Assembly (NCBI GenBank): GCA_043228905.1
Contig: JBHGNT010000001.1
Location: 23,684,001 to 23,748,000 of the forward strand
Reading direction: 5' to 3'
DNA length: 64,000 bases
Origin: Azolla caroliniana
Taxonomy: Eukaryota > Plantae > Polypodiophyta
The notes beneath the pieces were generated by a model. That model did no database searches. It saw only the letters and a program-made list of their open reading frames with translations, and was not told where the DNA came from. Of this stretch, positions 61,593 through 64,000 are shown in pieces; the stretch's first letter is position 1; every line of letters begins with the position of its first letter. The translations under genes and the position numbers were made by a program.

Positions 61593-62294
61593 CTCACATC
61601 GACTTCCTAGAATCACATGGGAAGCAAGCAAAAATATCCAAAAGACGCATAAAAGCTAAATTTTGTGTTCCAGTTGGATGCAAGATATAAAAAACTGGTT
61701 CGGTAGATGGGATGCAATACAGTTGCTTCATGATGCATTACTAGATTCCTTTATAAATGAGGCCTTTTTGAAACGCCAATGTATCATGACATGGGAAAAA
61801 TGTGGAGGCTCACGCTTCATACATTATATTGCACATGTTGCACCTAACTACAAAACCATATTCTTCGCGGAATGGGGAAACCGTACACATCGATACATGC
61901 GACTTAGCTTCTATTCGAACCATTGCTTTCTTGCAACTAGCTCACATGCATTGCGATGTGACACGGGGCTTTGGGGCACAAGTGATCAGAGTGGTTGACT
62001 ATGCACACTTTGCCCTAAACCAGTTCAAGAGTCTGAGTATGACACTTTGATACAATGCTCTGTCTTTGATCATATTCGACCATGCTTTCCACACATCTTC
62101 GACCAAGCCCAATCCTTGCACAAATTTCTCTCACAGCCACAATGTGCACTCTCAATTGCAACATTCATTGGTAAAGTTCTTGAACATCGAGAGTCACTAC
62201 TCACTTTCACACGTATCACGTGAAATGTATTTTTTTTTGTCTCAAAGGTCATATTTGACCTCTGAATACGATAATATAATCTATCTATCTATCT
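61593..62294 (+). mobile_element. 5'-truncated RTE-like LINE with (TATC)n tail
   Basis: SWMQDIKNWFGRW.., SSHALRCDTGLWG, C..C..ESEYDTLIQC (RTE C-terminal zinc motif); tail CTATCTATCTATCT; ATCTATCT also present at the left flank 61585-61592. Confidence 0.75.
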
Positions 62295-62859
62295 TTGTGG
62301 TATGGTCCATTTGAATTTAGGTCGCGTGATCTATAAAAGGCAACGAGCCACATAGATATGGCATGTGCCTCTCAATAATCATTTGTATAGCTAGTAAATG
62401 CTTACATTTACTCACAAGGTTTTGGCAATCACAATATGAGCATTGGAGTGAGACATTATACCATAAAGTGGGAGATTTTGACATGCTCAATATTCTAAAC
62501 CACTATCGGGCCTCATCCACAATATGCACCGTGGAAGTATCTATGACATACCTTTCCAATCCTCTCAGCCTCTTTAAGTTTGAGCCTTTGATCTCGACTA
62601 TTTGCACAGGGTGCAAATCGACCACTCTCACATATTTATTGTTGTTTCTTGTACCATTCCATGATCGTTCCTCCAATCCAAGTGCTAGTTTCATTGTCCT
62701 TGATAAAGACATGCACAAGATTGATAATTGATCGGTTTATTCTTCCTCCCAAGGCAGTATACTTGATAAACTGCCAATGTCTTTCCACAATATTGGTAGT
62801 GTCAACATGTCCATAGTTGAACATTCTTCCAAACTTGTGTTATGTAAGCGTGTCCTTCC

Positions 62860-64000
62860 TGATGGGGGAAGACAACTGAAAAGCCGTGAATCGGTCGAGA
62901 GGCCGAATGAGGACCGGCTGGTCGAAATTGGTTAGGAGACCGAATGAGAGTCGGCCGACTGGAATCGGCCGAGAGACCAAATGAGAGTCAGCCGAGAGGT
63001 CGATATATATATATACATAGAAGTTAGGGTTATATATAATAATCTCTATGCATAAGAGAAGAATAGTGTGAATAGAGAGCGCGAGTGAGACAGATAAGAA
63101 GAGAGAGTGTGTGAGAAAGAGACGAGAAGAGAAGAGAGAGAGCGTAGAGAAGTGCAGAGAGCCATGAAAGAGGCAGATATAAAGGAGTTAGGGTTTGGTG
63201 GACTTGGTTGAAACCATGGTTTCAGACGACAGCCTGGGAGTACATTTATACCTAAATAGGTCCTATCATTTCATGCACTACTGTTGTATGAGTCTTGCCT
63301 TCTCTACAGTATTGCAGTACTCTCCTGAAATTTGGGTTTTCTCTTAGCGAGCTAAGAAGACTTTTCTATCTTGTTTTGTACTCTCTTGTCTCATAGTGGA
63401 AATCTTTTCCCTTAGCAAGCTAAGGAGACTGCTCGGTGGTTTTCCCTGGCTTTAGGGTTTCCATGTAAATCGTGTGTATTATTATCTGTGTTTGTGTCTC
63501 AGATTTATTTTGTTTTGTTTATCTATGATTGTAAATCCATCAAATTGGTATTAGAGCGCTAGGTCCTAGATGGAAGGAAGTGTGAGTGGTTTTCTAGGAA
63601 TGATAGTCGTAAACTCTCACAACTATTCTGACTGGAAGATCAAGATGGAGGATCTTCTGATAGTTAGAGACCTGTATGAGCTGATAGATAGGAAGGATAT
63701 ATCAAGAATATAGTAAATAGAAAGACGGTCGCAACTATTAGACAATGTGTAGACGTGAGTGTCCTTCAACATGTGGCAAATGATACAAATGCCTACGACT
63801 TGTGGCATAAGCTCTCTGGGTTGTATGAAAGGAAAAATGCTCTCAACAAAGCTTCCCTGATGAGAAAGTTGGTGGGGCTAAAGTACATTGATGGTGATAG
63901 CACTGTGGTGCACATCAGTACTTTCATGGGGTTCGTAAACTAGCTAGCCTCAATGAAGTTCCCATTAGATGATGCGATGCAGGCCCTATTACTACTCCCT
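62860..64000 (+). mobile_element. Ty1/copia element: 5' LTR, PBS and decayed gag, continuing beyond the window
   Basis: LTR 62860-63542 with TGATGG...CCATCA; PBS TGGTATTAGAGC (tRNA-Met-like) at 63546-63557; gag from ATG 63570: NSHNYSDWKIKMEDLLIVRDLY..LQHVANDTNAYDLWHKLSGLYE. Confidence 0.9.

Larger units (their letters stand above)
54017..62859 (-). pseudogene. Mutator-like (MULE/SWIM) transposase C-terminal region, split by gypsy and LINE insertions and truncated by a copia element
   Basis: Pieces 62859-62295 (TTNIVERHWQFIKY; SWIM motif YCDCQNLVSKCKHLLA), 61592-61204 and 54212-54017 (CLHC..CKNC) rejoin in frame after removing the insertions and one TSD copy each. Confidence 0.65.

Overview
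This is eukaryotic, intron-rich and transposon-rich land-plant nuclear DNA. A non-seed plant such as a fern is a plausible but unproven inference from the retroelement types. Four host genes could be assembled by hand from GT-AG splice sites: (1) a plastid-targeted NifU/NFU-C-like protein lacking CxxC (+, 4711-7011, 4 exons); (2) a GLTSCR1-domain BRIP1/2-like SWI/SNF subunit with a repetitive C-terminal extension ending in an EAR-like motif (-, 8544-10673, 2 exons); (3) an NPH3/RPT2-like BTB/POZ protein (+, 29709-33691, 4 exons); (4) a GH38 alpha-mannosidase (-, 36388-52435, 29 coding exons, about 1040 aa, plus a probable upstream exon with a uORF). The rest is mostly nested mobile DNA: a structurally full-length Ty3/gypsy element (54213-61203; 627-bp LTRs, 4-bp TSD, tRNA-Trp PBS, candidate -1 frameshift between protease and RT), an L1-like LINE carrying a solo LTR, RTE-like LINEs, a hAT deletion derivative with intact TIRs and TSD, Mutator-type MITEs, a Helitron-like repeat, copia fragments and a SWIM-type transposase broken by three insertions. 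The most striking single observation is a full-length U6 snRNA copy fused through its 3' oligo-T to a 5'-truncated L1-like LINE and flanked by (GA)n tracts (19496-20465), which looks like a U6-LINE chimeric retrocopy. All calls come from reading the sequence; no database searches were run.
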